NCBI GenBank assembly: GCA_965235115.1
Contig: OZ249436.1
Span: 44,146,001-44,210,000, forward strand
Source: Laetmonice hystrix
Taxonomy: Eukaryota
DNA: 64,000 nt
Reading direction: 5' to 3'
Below the pieces are notes generated by a model that was given only the letters and a program-made list of their open reading frames with translations, was not told the DNA's origin and searched no databases. Within the stretch, counting starts at the first letter, position 1, and each line of letters begins with the position of its first letter. Of this stretch, positions 27,001-39,500 are shown piece after piece. Position numbers and translations under genes: made by a program.

Positions 27001-30000
27001 CGGGAGTTCTCCCGCCTAAGCAGGAGTAACGATCTCGACCTCGAGCCAGGAACGAACTGGAGTAAGGCTCGGTGCCTGATCTTGATCAGATCGAATCAGA
27101 TCGGGGGATCGAACCGCAGATCATCAAATGATCGACTGCCCGACATCGTCTCAGTGAGCCTATACGAGAGATCTCAATCCTCGCATGCCCGAGGCACCGA
27201 GGCCCAAAGGCACAAATGCCCGATCTCAGGAAGAATCCCCGATTGTCTACGCGCGTCTGCGCGGCTGGCCCGGGTGGTCTCCTCGAGGAGACCACCGGAC
27301 GCAGACGAGGGGGAGAACGGTCGCTCGAGCTCTGGCTCGAGGCGAACGCGAGTCTCCCCTCACGTCAAGAGATCGATCCCGAGCCGACTCGCGCGGCTGG
27401 CCCGGGTGGCCCGGGTGGCCTCCTCGAGGAGACCACCGGACGCAGACGAGGGGGAGAACGGTTGCTCGAGCTCTGGCTCGAGGCGAACTCGAGTCTCCCC
27501 TCGCGTCAAGAGATCGATCCAGAGACGCTGAACGTCTGCGTGTGATCGTCTCAACGTCTCGCGCGGCTCGCGCGGCTCGCGCGGCTCGCGCGGCTGGCCC
27601 GGGTGGCCTCCTCGAGGAGACCCCCGGACGCAGACGAGGGGGAGAACGGTCGCTCGAGCTCTGGCTCGAGGCGAACTCGAGTCTCCCCTCGCGTCAAGAG
27701 ATCGATCCAGAGACGCTGAACGTCTGCGTGTGATCGTCTCAACGTCTCAACGGGCTTAATTCCCTTCCTCGCGTGGGAAGCCCGAGGCACCGATCCCGAG
27801 ACATTATCATTTCGACCCAGTGATCGGTGCCTACGCTGTACGCCACCCGCTGTGCGTGATTGGGCGTATCAGCGTATTCAGACTGGTCAGGTGGGTGCGT
27901 AGGTCGAGGATCCATGACCTTACGCTTACCCACCTAGTCCTGCACGGGACTGACCAGCTGATTGAGACGTGAGCGTGACGTCACACCCTTAGCCCCCCGG
28001 CGGGCGGGTGGGTGGGCGAGTGACACGCTTCATTGCCTGGAGCAAGCACAGTGTGCACCCCGGCTCACTGCTGACCGTTCCGCCTGGTCAGACAAGGCCA
28101 AAGGAAAACTTGTCGGTCAACATGGCCTCGCTTACCTGGACTAACAGAGGCCGACAAGGAGTGTACCTGGCCCTTAGAATAACTAAGGGAACATGCTGAA
28201 TAACTTCTACCACACAAGGAGGTAGTGCGTCTACCTATACTGGTAGACTACAAACAACAAATAGACAGGAATGACCAAAGGGAATACAGAACTATAAGGA
28301 AAAAACCACGGTACTCACGAAGACGTCCTGCGGTAGCAGTGGTCATTTCAAATCTGACTACTAGGTCACATGGACACTAGGGGGCGCACGATCCAGCGGA
28401 TCTCCGCTAGAGGGAGCCATACACCGAATATGTTAGATAGACAGGAGTTCTGGTGGAACTCATTCTTGTTTCACTTAGAACACTTTTATTAAATTTTTTG
28501 ACCATTGGGAATCGAGAAACTGTAAGTCTCTCATATGTTATGAGGTAAGTAGAAGCGTATGTAATTAACCTGACATTTACCTGTATAAATAAAGATGATA
28601 AAAAAACTTACCTGTGTAGTTTGCCAGGTGCTCGGCCAAGACTCGACTGATGGCGTCCGCCTTGTACAAGAGGCCACCGAGTCCTAGGGCCTCAATGGCG
28701 TCCTCTAAAACTGGTTCTACGGCCGGCGACAGCCTCGTCAACATACTGGGAAACCTAGATTATACACACCGCCTCATCAACATACTGGGAAACCTAGATT
28801 ATACACACAGCCTCATCAACATACTGGGAAACCTAGATTATACACACCGCCTCATCAACATACTGGGAAACCTAGATTATACACACAGCCTCATCAACAT
28901 ACTGGGAAACCTAGATTATACACACCGCCTCATCAACATACTGGGAAACCTAGATTATACACACAGCCTCATCAACATACTGGGAAACCTAGATTATACA
29001 CACAGCCTCATCAACATACTGGGAAACCTAGATTATACACACCGCCTCATCAACATACTGGGAAAGCTAGATTATACACACAGCCTCATCAACATACTGG
29101 GAAACCTAGATTATACACATAGCCTCATCAACATACTGGGAAACCTAGATTATACACATAGCCTCATCAACATACTGGGAAACCTAGATTATACACACAG
29201 CCTCATCAACATACTGGGAAACCTAGATTATACACACAGCCTCATCAACATACTGGGAAACCTATATTATACACACAGCCTCATCAACATACTGGGAAAC
29301 CTAGACGACACACCACCACCTACCATCCTCTAACCCACCTCACAGCGTTTCCAATGGTTATGTATCTAGATTTCCATCTTGCTTGCTTCCTCTTTGTCTT
29401 TATCATTTATTGTAAAGAAGGTGCACCACAATAATATTTGCAAAAAGAGTTAAGCCAGGAATCTATGTACCCGCAGTGCGTATTGCGTAATTAAAACAAT
29501 GAAAACACGCATTACGCACTACGCATCACGCCCACACTACGTACACCTGGATTCCTGGCTTTACGCACTACGCAGTACGCATCACGCCACCCCTACGTAC
29601 ACATGGATTCCTGGCTTCACTTGTACATGTATTGATAAATCATTTGTGAAAAGAGGAACGAAAAAACAAGAAAACTGTTAGTGACAAACTTCCGGTAGTG
29701 CTGACCTTTCCAGGAAGTCGTCCATGTGCGCCTGCGCTATGACCCTATCGATTAGAGTGGTCCAGACGGCAGCATTGAGCCAGGCTAATCCAGCGTCCCT
29801 GTAGTTGGGAGGTCTTTCCGTCAGCCTGGCTATGATTTTATTCAACCTGACAGAATTTACGGCCTGGGCTGTCAGGTTGACTGGTCCGTCCATCGGTGAA
29901 TTGATCTACGGGAAGAACACAGTATGGATGCAAGCTACATGATCTAAAACCTCAGACTAGTTCTAGTGTCAGTGTTTTTACTTGGATGAAATAAGCAGAA

Positions 30001-30438
30001 ATATGCTGCTACACCTGTGCACGTTTTACCAATACAAAATCTAACTCGTACAGGGGCATTCTCTGGATCGTTTATTTAATTTGTCAAGGATCTGTGACAA
30101 CTTGGCTGAGCCCATTTATCTCGATAGTAGTAGTTAAAGTAGTTACTTATCAAAGTGACTTACTATTTTGTTCCAGGCGTTGAGGTCGAACCTGTCCCTC
30201 AGTTCGGGCTCCAGTCGGTCAAGGTTGATGCTGCAGAAGTCGGCGTGAACTCGGCTGAAGGTCACAGATAACTTGGACGGCACGACAAATCGTTCGGTCG
30301 GCTCGCCACCACAGATGTAGGTCAACCCGCCCTGGATGACGTCAGACATCTGCAGACGACAAGATCGAGAGCTTTATGACCTCACATGGTCGAACTGTGC
30401 GGAAAAATTAAGGCACCAAGAAGAGGGAGATCATGGAT

Positions 30439-30507
<69 letters not shown>

Positions 30508-33500
30508 AAGGGAGTCAATGAACCTTGAGAAGTGAAACTTCTTGTGGCCCACCTTGTCTGGTTGCGTGATGATGGTGTTGAAGGACACCTCAAAAACCGC
30601 CGGTAGGTGGGGTATGAGGCGGACCACTTTACTCAATTCTGGCCGATTGTAGACAAAGTCCTCAAGCGATAAATTCTGTTCTGTAAGTAAGAGAAACGTC
30701 AAATCTTATGAAATGTACAAAAATGAACGTCTCACTATAAAATTAACTATCAATAAAGTGAATATATTGTCTGTCTGAATTTGTATTGAAATAATGGAAA
30801 GAGACAATTTAAATTTTGAGATGAAGATTACTCTACTTGGTGAGTAACATGTGAAAAATGTGTCGGTAGGAATATTACGAATCAGTAATAACATACTCAT
30901 GAAAGGTTACGAATCAGTAATAACATACTCATGAAAGGTTACGAATCAGTAATAACATACTCATGAAAGGTTACGAATCAGTAATAACATACTCATGAAA
31001 GGTTACGAATCAGTAATAACATACTCATGAAAGGTTACGAATCAGTAATAACATATTCATGAAAGGTTACGAATCAGTAATAACATATTCATGAAAGGTT
31101 ACGAATCAGTAATAACATATTCATGAAAGGTTACGAATCAGTAATAACATACTCATGAAAGGTTACGAATCAGTAATAACATATTCATGAAAAGTTACGA
31201 ATCAGTAATAACATACTCATGAAAGGTTCAATCTGATCGACCAGGTATGTCACGATAGCGTTCACTCTGTTGATATAAGTGTCAAAGCCTAGCTTCTCCG
31301 TCATGTTTGCTGCAAGCTGGTCAAGGTAGCTGGAGTACTGGACCTGAGATTCTGCCAGTCTGAAATTGGAAGAGAGAATGTTTGCATGACCAGTAACAAA
31401 TTACATAAACCAAAAGTCAATTATCCAAGAGTTTGTGACAGAAATAGAATGCTGATTAAAAGGGTGAATCTACCAAGGCGACTGCCCTTGCGGCGTGCAT
31501 GCGATTTTAAGATAAAGGTACCCTGCAAATTATGATGGTTGTCCCTCCATAATTCTGAATTCAAACTCATAAAGGACTGAAACAGGGAATGCCGTTAAAA
31601 TCGCTTGAAAGTCACAAGGACTATTGCCTTGGTGGATTGGCCGCCAATTGTTTGCAGTCTATGATTACCTGATTGCCAGGTCTGGTTGTTGAAGCTGTGA
31701 CACCAGTCGGTCCAGCATGGCCATCCACACGGCCGACTCCAGCCAGTCCAACTGAGGAGCTGTGGGGTTGACCACAGCCAGAACATTGCCTAATCTGGTC
31801 GCATCCATGATTAGAGCCGATATATTTAATTTTCCCTCGCTTCTACCGGAAAGCTGGAAGAAATACACTTGGCGGTTTCAAAGGTAGGGACAGATTCAAA
31901 AAGACTTGAAGCGTATTTCTTCCTAACATGACACTCTTAAAGGATAACACTGACACTTTTGTCTATTAAAGGACTGATTCAAGGGAAAGTAAGTGCATCA
32001 CGTGACGTAGAAATCTGTTGAATTGGATCCTGGTGTAACGATGGTTCTAGTGCTCCAGCGATGTGTCAACTGAATCACAAAGATTTCACAGATAATGTCA
32101 AATCATCTACTCACGATCTGTTGTATCCTTGAAACCCTAACTAATCCATCTAGCTCCCGTTCGACGGCCGTGTAGTTGAGAGAGCAGAGTTCAGTTAGCG
32201 CCCGGGAAAACCTGGCCTTGACATCATCAGGTACGGCAAAGGTGGATGCTGGTACATGGCAGAGCATGGCTGGGTCTCCATCCAACGACTTCACAATCTG
32301 TAGGCAATTAGCAAATTAGGAAAAGTATGACTTCTTGGCAACATCTCCATGAGATCATGATATGATATGTTATACGATATCATGATATGTTCTTCAAACA
32401 ATCTCTCTCTCTCTTTCTCTCTCTATTTTTTTTTCTCTGTCTCACCAGTAGGTTTAGGCCAATATGGCGAGATGTGTGCACCAACAGATATGCAGTTTTA
32501 CAGTAAAATTGATCCTGATCTCAATCATATTGTAGCTCTCATTCATGTTGCCAGGAGAAACCGGTTTCGTGAACATTTATCATGACTTACAGAGTCGGGT
32601 TTCAACAGAGCACTCGCGAGGAAAACATTCATCAGCACAGGTAGTTCGTCCGCCTGCCGCAAGAGGCGCTCAGTGTATGGCCTCTCAGCGATTATATCGT
32701 CAAGATTCAAGTTGCGTTCTTCAAAAGTCATACATGTTTCAATAATTATTTACAACAAATAATCTCAGTAGAATATATTTCAAAATGGTGTTCAACATCA
32801 GAAATCATACATCAATTGGACTTACAATTTGCCGAATTTACACTAATCATCTTTACTGACTTACGCAACAAAAGTCCTACAAAAACCGGAAGGCTCACCA
32901 GCTAATTTTGATATATCTTCTCGTAGAACAACAAGTATGTCGTTTGCCTTGAGTAGCATTTGGTCGACTCCAGTGAAAACAGTGATATTCACAATCATAG
33001 CTTCCAGTTCCGGCGAAATCCCACTCAGACTTGACGTCAACCTGTGTAATAACAATGTGACACGTGACTTTCCATAGAATAGGCTTACCTCCATATGTAT
33101 TGTGTACCAATGGAAACGTTATAAAAGTTTCTGAATTGGTTCTCATTTGCAAGTTCGCTCACAGGGGTCTCTGCTGGTCGCGACCGGCAGAGAAACCTCA
33201 GGATGTAATTGTGAATGAGAACCGTCAGTTACCGTGTTACGTACACGTCTGACTGGTCCTGGTTCCCGAGCCGGGTCAGGATCCTGCTCCATGCGGCGTC
33301 CCAGACCGCCTCGTCCAGCCAGGCGGTGCCGAGTTCTACTGACGGCGGACGGGATGCAAGCACACTCAACATGTCCCCGAGCCGGGTCACGTTACCGATC
33401 AGGGCATCAAGGTCACCAGGTCCGTCTGCGGCTGGTGACGTCACCTGGAGAAATCATGACGTCACAATCAGTCATGGTAAATCGAACATATAAGTGTCTG

Positions 33501-36500
33501 ATAGTCAAAAATATGTGTCGGCTTATTCAGGTGTTCTCTACCAAATCTGATTTTGTTACCAAAGCCTCACGTCCTGTTGTGGGGGTCTATGATTGGTCCT
33601 CCCCAACATAAACCTCAATACTCGACCATAGTCACATCTTTAGAATTAGGTCGATGCCATGCACCATAGTGCTTCTCTGCCATGGACAACCTCGGCACAA
33701 GTCAGAAGGCTGCCGAATAGTCCGATGGAAGGACTTCCGTTTTCGTAACGCTATGGTGTGGGAGTGATACGGCCGTGGGGGATTCTATATCTATATTCTT
33801 ACCCGTGACGTCACGGCAGTTCACTGACTTGAGCCAGTCAAGTTTTATATTGTATGTAAACTACCAAATACTCGCTGTCAGATATCGAGTGAAAGCGACT
33901 CACCGCGGCCATGATGGCAGGGACCTGGACGAGCCCCTGGAGTTCAAGGGTCAAGGCCGTGTAGTTGGCCGTACACAGTGTGTCCTTGACCTCTGTGAGA
34001 ACCGTCAGGACCTCCACGCTGACAGTGAACGTCTCACTGACAGCCCTGGTACACACTGTCTGGACGTCTCCGGCCCACAGAGGCTGCAACTGGTGAGTGA
34101 CGTAAGGGTATAATAACCTGTATGCATGTGGCAGTTTAAAGGTGCTATTCGTGAAAAAAAAGTTCAATTTTTTTATTTTTAATTTTGTTGACGTTTATGG
34201 GATCCCACCTATCATGGAAATAGATTCACAACAAAGGAAATCAAATTTTTTCATGGATAACGGCACAAATGGGGCTCTCTCAGAAGGCCTGTGGAGACCC
34301 TGACACGCCCCACCACAGGAAATGGCTCTATCTCGGTGCGCACCGAGATAGGTTTCAAATGCTGCACACAAACTAATAGAAGGTTTATCAGACCAATGGT
34401 ATCGGTAGGAATCTTTTCTAGTACTATGTGCACAATGTATGATAGGAGAAATGCCATTCTGAGCGAGACGAATAGCACCTTTAAAGACGCTCGATTTTGA
34501 TTACAATAGGAAAGTGAAATGCACCAAATACAGAGTCAAAGGTACGGAAATCTTTTCCAATCATTTTCCAAGTTATCTCTTACAGTTTTATGCAGCATCT
34601 ACCGGTACAAGTCAGTAGGCTGCCGAATCGTCCGGTGGAAGGACTTGCGTTTTCGTAACGCCATATACGTGTGGGAGTGATACGGCCGTGGGGGATTCTA
34701 TATCTATATTCTTACCCGTGACGTCACGGCAGTTCACTGACTTGGACCTCTACCTGGACTTAGATCATCCAGAGAGTGATCATACCTTGTCTGATTCGAT
34801 CAGTGTGGTGGATAGGATGGCCTCTACCACCAGTGGAAGACGAGGGAGAAGTTCGGCAACTGATCGTGCACTAGGTCGGCTGCCCAGCAATGCGTCCCAC
34901 GTTATGTTTGCCCCTAATGAACAGAAATATCTCATGAAGTAAGTACATTGTACACACACACACATGTAGGAACCGTTGTCTGATGGCGTTAATTACTGGT
35001 TTAATACTTCCCCTTAATTTCTGATATCACGACAACAGATCTAGGATTTTGAAACGGTCTGCAAGAAGCGCCGGAAAAGAAGGGGGCCACCTAAAAAACG
35101 GGTGTCAAATGGGTCAAATAAGAAAGATTTATGCGAGAAAAGAAAACTCACCCAGCAAGGGTCTGAGTCCGTCACCGAACGCCTTGACCACCTCAGTCAT
35201 CTTACTGATAGCGGGGTCAAGGCCGGTCAATGCCGTGACCCCCCGCAGAAGGTTAGCGAACGCTGGAGCTGACCGTGAGAGAACGCCCGACAGACTGCAA
35301 GAGGCAATGGATACAGCGTTAACCTCCTGCGACCAATAGGCTAGGTAGCCGGTCAATGCATCCTGTTTGATGATGATTGGTTCACAAAGTACCACTGACA
35401 TCTGGGCTTAAAGGTGATAAACAATTCCAGTGCGCAATTAACTTAATTATTAGAAGAAAACCCTCATTACCACCTAAGACGTGACTTTAAACGGACAGAC
35501 AGAAACACGAAAGAAGGGGAGAGAATAAGTTTGGAGAGAGAGAAGGGAGCGAGACATACATACAGACAGACAGGCAGAGAGACACAGATAGAGGGAGAGA
35601 AAGAAGTGACAGAGAGACAGACAGAGAAAGAGGCAGACAGGTAGATAAACAGAGAGGCAGTCGTACGACATTTACGTGTAGCAACCATTAACGTCATTGT
35701 AATTTTTACATCTTGTCATACGACTTTTACGTGTAGCAACCGTTAACGTCATTGTAATTTTTACATCTCGTCATACGACATTTACGTGTAGCAACCGTTA
35801 ATGTCATTGTAATTTTTACATCTCGTCATACGACATTTACGTGTAGCAACCGTTAACGTCATTGTAATTTTTTCATCTCTTCGTACGACACGTAAATGTC
35901 GTATGACGAGATGTAAAAATTACAATAACGTTAACGGTTGCTACACGTAAATGTCGTACAACGAGATGTACAATCGCCATGACGTTAACAGTTGTACGAC
36001 ATTTACGTGTACGACATTTACGTGTAGCAACCGTTAACGTCATTGTAATTTTTACATCTCGTCATATGACATTTACGTGTAGCAACCGTTAACGTCATTG
36101 TCATTTTTACATCTCGTCGTACGACATTTAAGTGTAGCAACCGTTAACGTCATTGTAACTTTTACATCTCGTCATACGACATTTACGTGTAGCAACCGTT
36201 AACGTCATTGTAATTTCTACATCTCGTCATACGACATTTATGTGTAGCAACTGTTAACGTCATTGTAATTATTACATCTCGTCGTACGACATTTACGTGT
36301 AGCAACCGTTAACTTCATTGTAATTTCTAGATCTCGTCGTACGACATTTACGTGTGCAACCATTAACGTCATTGTAATTTTTACATCTTGTCATACGACT
36401 TTTACGTGTAGCAACCGTTAACGTCATTGTAATTTTTACATCTCGTCATACGACATTTACGTGTAGCAACCGTTAATGTCATTGTAATTTTTTCATCTCT

Positions 36501-39500
36501 TCGTACGACACGTAAATGTCGTATGACGAGATGTAAAAATTACAATAACGTTAACGGTTGCTACACGTAAATGTCGTACAACGAGATGTACAATCGCCAT
36601 GACGTTAACAGTTGTACGACATTTACGTGTACGACATTTACGTGTAGCAACCGTTAACGTCATTGTAATTTTTACATCTCTTCGTACGACATTTACGTGT
36701 AGCAACCGTTAACGTCATTGTAATTTTTACATCTCTTCGTACGACATTTACGTGTAGCAACTGTTAACGTCATGGCGATTGTACATCTCGTTGTACGACA
36801 TTTACGTGTAGCAACCGTTAACGTCATTGTAATTTCTACATCTCTTCGTACGACATTTACGTGTGGCAACCGTTAACGTCATTGTAATTTCTAGATCTCG
36901 TCGTACGACATTTACGTGTGGCAACCGTTAACGTCATTGTAATTTTTACATCTCGTCGTACGACATTTACGTGTAGCAACTGTTAACGTCATTGTAATTT
37001 CTACATCTCGTCGTACAACATTTACGTGTAGCAACCGTTAACGTCATTGTAATTTTTACATCTCGTCATACGACATTTACGTGTAGCAACCGTTAACGTC
37101 ATTGTTATTGTACATCTCGTCGTACGACATTTACGTGTAGCAACCGTTAACGTCATTGTAATTTCTACATCTCATCATGCGACATTTATGTGTAGCAACT
37201 GTTAACGTCATTGTAATTTCTACATCTCGTCGTACGACATTTACGCGTAGCAACCGTTAACGTCATTGTAATGGTACCACTCGTCGAACGACATTTACAG
37301 ATGCTTAAATGTTTGACGGACGCTTAAATGTCGTTTGACGAAACCTTAAATGTCGTTTGATGGAATCTTGAATGTCGTTTGATGGAACCTTAAATGTCAT
37401 TTGCCAGAACCTTAAATGTCATTGACGGAACCTTAAATGCCGCAGGCGACAAGGTCCCATAAATGTCGCAAATGACGGTGTCCATTTGTTAATACCAAAG
37501 GTTGTACTAGGATCCTAGTACAATCTTTGTTAATACTCAGACAGACACGGAGACACAGAAGACAAGAGGATATAGGCCTACATAATTTCTCTCTACCTCT
37601 CCACGTAGTTTTCGGAGCTGAGTCTGTCCGACGTTTTCTGTAGGAGCCGCTGCCACGTCCCGGGGTCCGTCCACCAGCTGTCCAGTGACCCCTGACCCGA
37701 GGGGGTTGAGGTCAGCTGGGACAGCAGGTCATTCAAACGCCGTGTGTCCTCTACCAGGCGAGCTACGTTAACGGGCCGTGACGAGTTGGACTTTAGCTGG
37801 AACAGTCGGCACCAGGTCAATGTAGATATAACATCTAGCCCTGTCCGTAACTCTAACCTACAGTCGGCACCAGGTCAATGTAGATGTAATACCTAGCCCT
37901 GTCCGTAACTCTAACCTACAGTCGGCACCAGGTCAATGTAGATGTAATACCTAGCCCTGTCCGTAACTCTAACCTACAGTCGGCACCAGGTCAATGTAGA
38001 TATAACACCTAGCCCTGTCCGTAACTCTAACCTACAGTCGGCACCAGGTCAATGTAGATGTAACACCTAGCCCTGTCCGTAACTCTAACCTACAGTCGGC
38101 ACCAGGTCAATGTAGATATAACACCTAGCCCTGTCCGTAACTCTAACCTACAGTCGGCACCAGGTCAATGTAGATGTAACACCTAGCCCTGTCCGAAACT
38201 CTAACCTACAGTCGGCACCAGGTCAATGTAGATATAACACCTAGCTCTGTCCGTAACTCTAACCTACAGTCGGTACCAGGTCAATGTAGATATAACACCT
38301 AGCTCTGTCCGGAACTCTAACCTACAGTCGGTACCAGGCCAATGTAGATAATACACCTATAGCTCTGTCCGTAACTCTAACCTACAGTCGGCACCAGGTC
38401 AATGTAGATGTAACACCTAGCCCTGTCCGCAACTCTAACCTACAGTCGGCACCAGGTCAATGTAGATATAACACCTAGCCCTGTCCGTAACTCTAACCTA
38501 CAGTCGGCACCAGGTCAATGTAGATATAACACCTATAGCCCTGTCCGTGACTCTAACCTGTATAGCCACATATCTAACACGGATTTAGTGATACACGGAT
38601 ATAGGGATATAATTAGATGGATCGTACAGCTGCCTCGATGGCGTCAAGGTCGATGACGTCCCGCAGTTCGTACTCAAGGCGGGTGTAGTTGATGGCGCAG
38701 AATAGTACGAGAGTATTCCTACTCAAAATCCGGAGATCTTCTGACATGTCATCTGGATAACCCATGTCTCCCCAGCTACAGATCTCACTTAGATTGCCAG
38801 CCAGCAGCCCTGCCAACTGAAAAAATATCAACAAATATCAACTATAGGTTTAGAAGGGGGGAATTAAAGGTTTTGAGAAAAAGAACAGGAACTGCTGTTT
38901 AACATTGCTCTCTTAGCGTTTCGGCAGGTATTCATATTGCCTCGTTTTCTGAACATTTTCAGATATATTTTACAAAACATTTACACATTTACATGCATTC
39001 ATTGTATACCGACGCCAGACGCTAATAATCTGCAGACCATTGTGCTAAACACTTGTTTAATAAATAGACAATGACACTTAAATAGAGACATTTGAATTTA
39101 TATCATCAAGTGCACGTTTATCTCATCAATAAAAACTGTCTATTTCGCTAGGCCTAATTATATAAAATATTACGATTGCAAAAATAACTCATTAGGGATG
39201 GGTATTTTGGCAGTTAGGCTATGCGATTAACAGGGCGGCGGAAGTAGACTAGGACCTACCATGTGGGGTCTGGTGACTAGGTGAAGTAGACCAGGACCTA
39301 CCATGTGGGGTCTGGTGACTAGGTGAAGTAGACTAGGACCTACCATGTGGGGTCTGGTGACTAGGTGAAGTAGACTAGGACCTACCATGTGGGGTCTGGT
39401 GACTAGGTGAAGTAGACTAGGACCTACCATGTGGGGTCTGGTGACTAGGTGAAGTAGACTAGGACCTACCATGTGGGGTCTGGTGACTAGGTGAAGTAGA

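Larger units (their letters stand above)
22214..28569 (-). mobile_element. DIRS-type tyrosine-recombinase retrotransposon, ORFs decayed (non-autonomous)
   Basis: ~213-bp inverted terminal repeats (22256-22468 and 28338-28551, about one indel); internal complementary region 22495-22595 complementary to both outer ends joined; no TSD; YR remnants; Ser/Arg-rich gag-like region. Confidence 0.9.

Noticed and set aside
28650..29333. 227-aa plus-strand ORF resembling a leucine-rich repeat
   Set aside because: Antisense reading of the 39-bp acceptor array and exon D.
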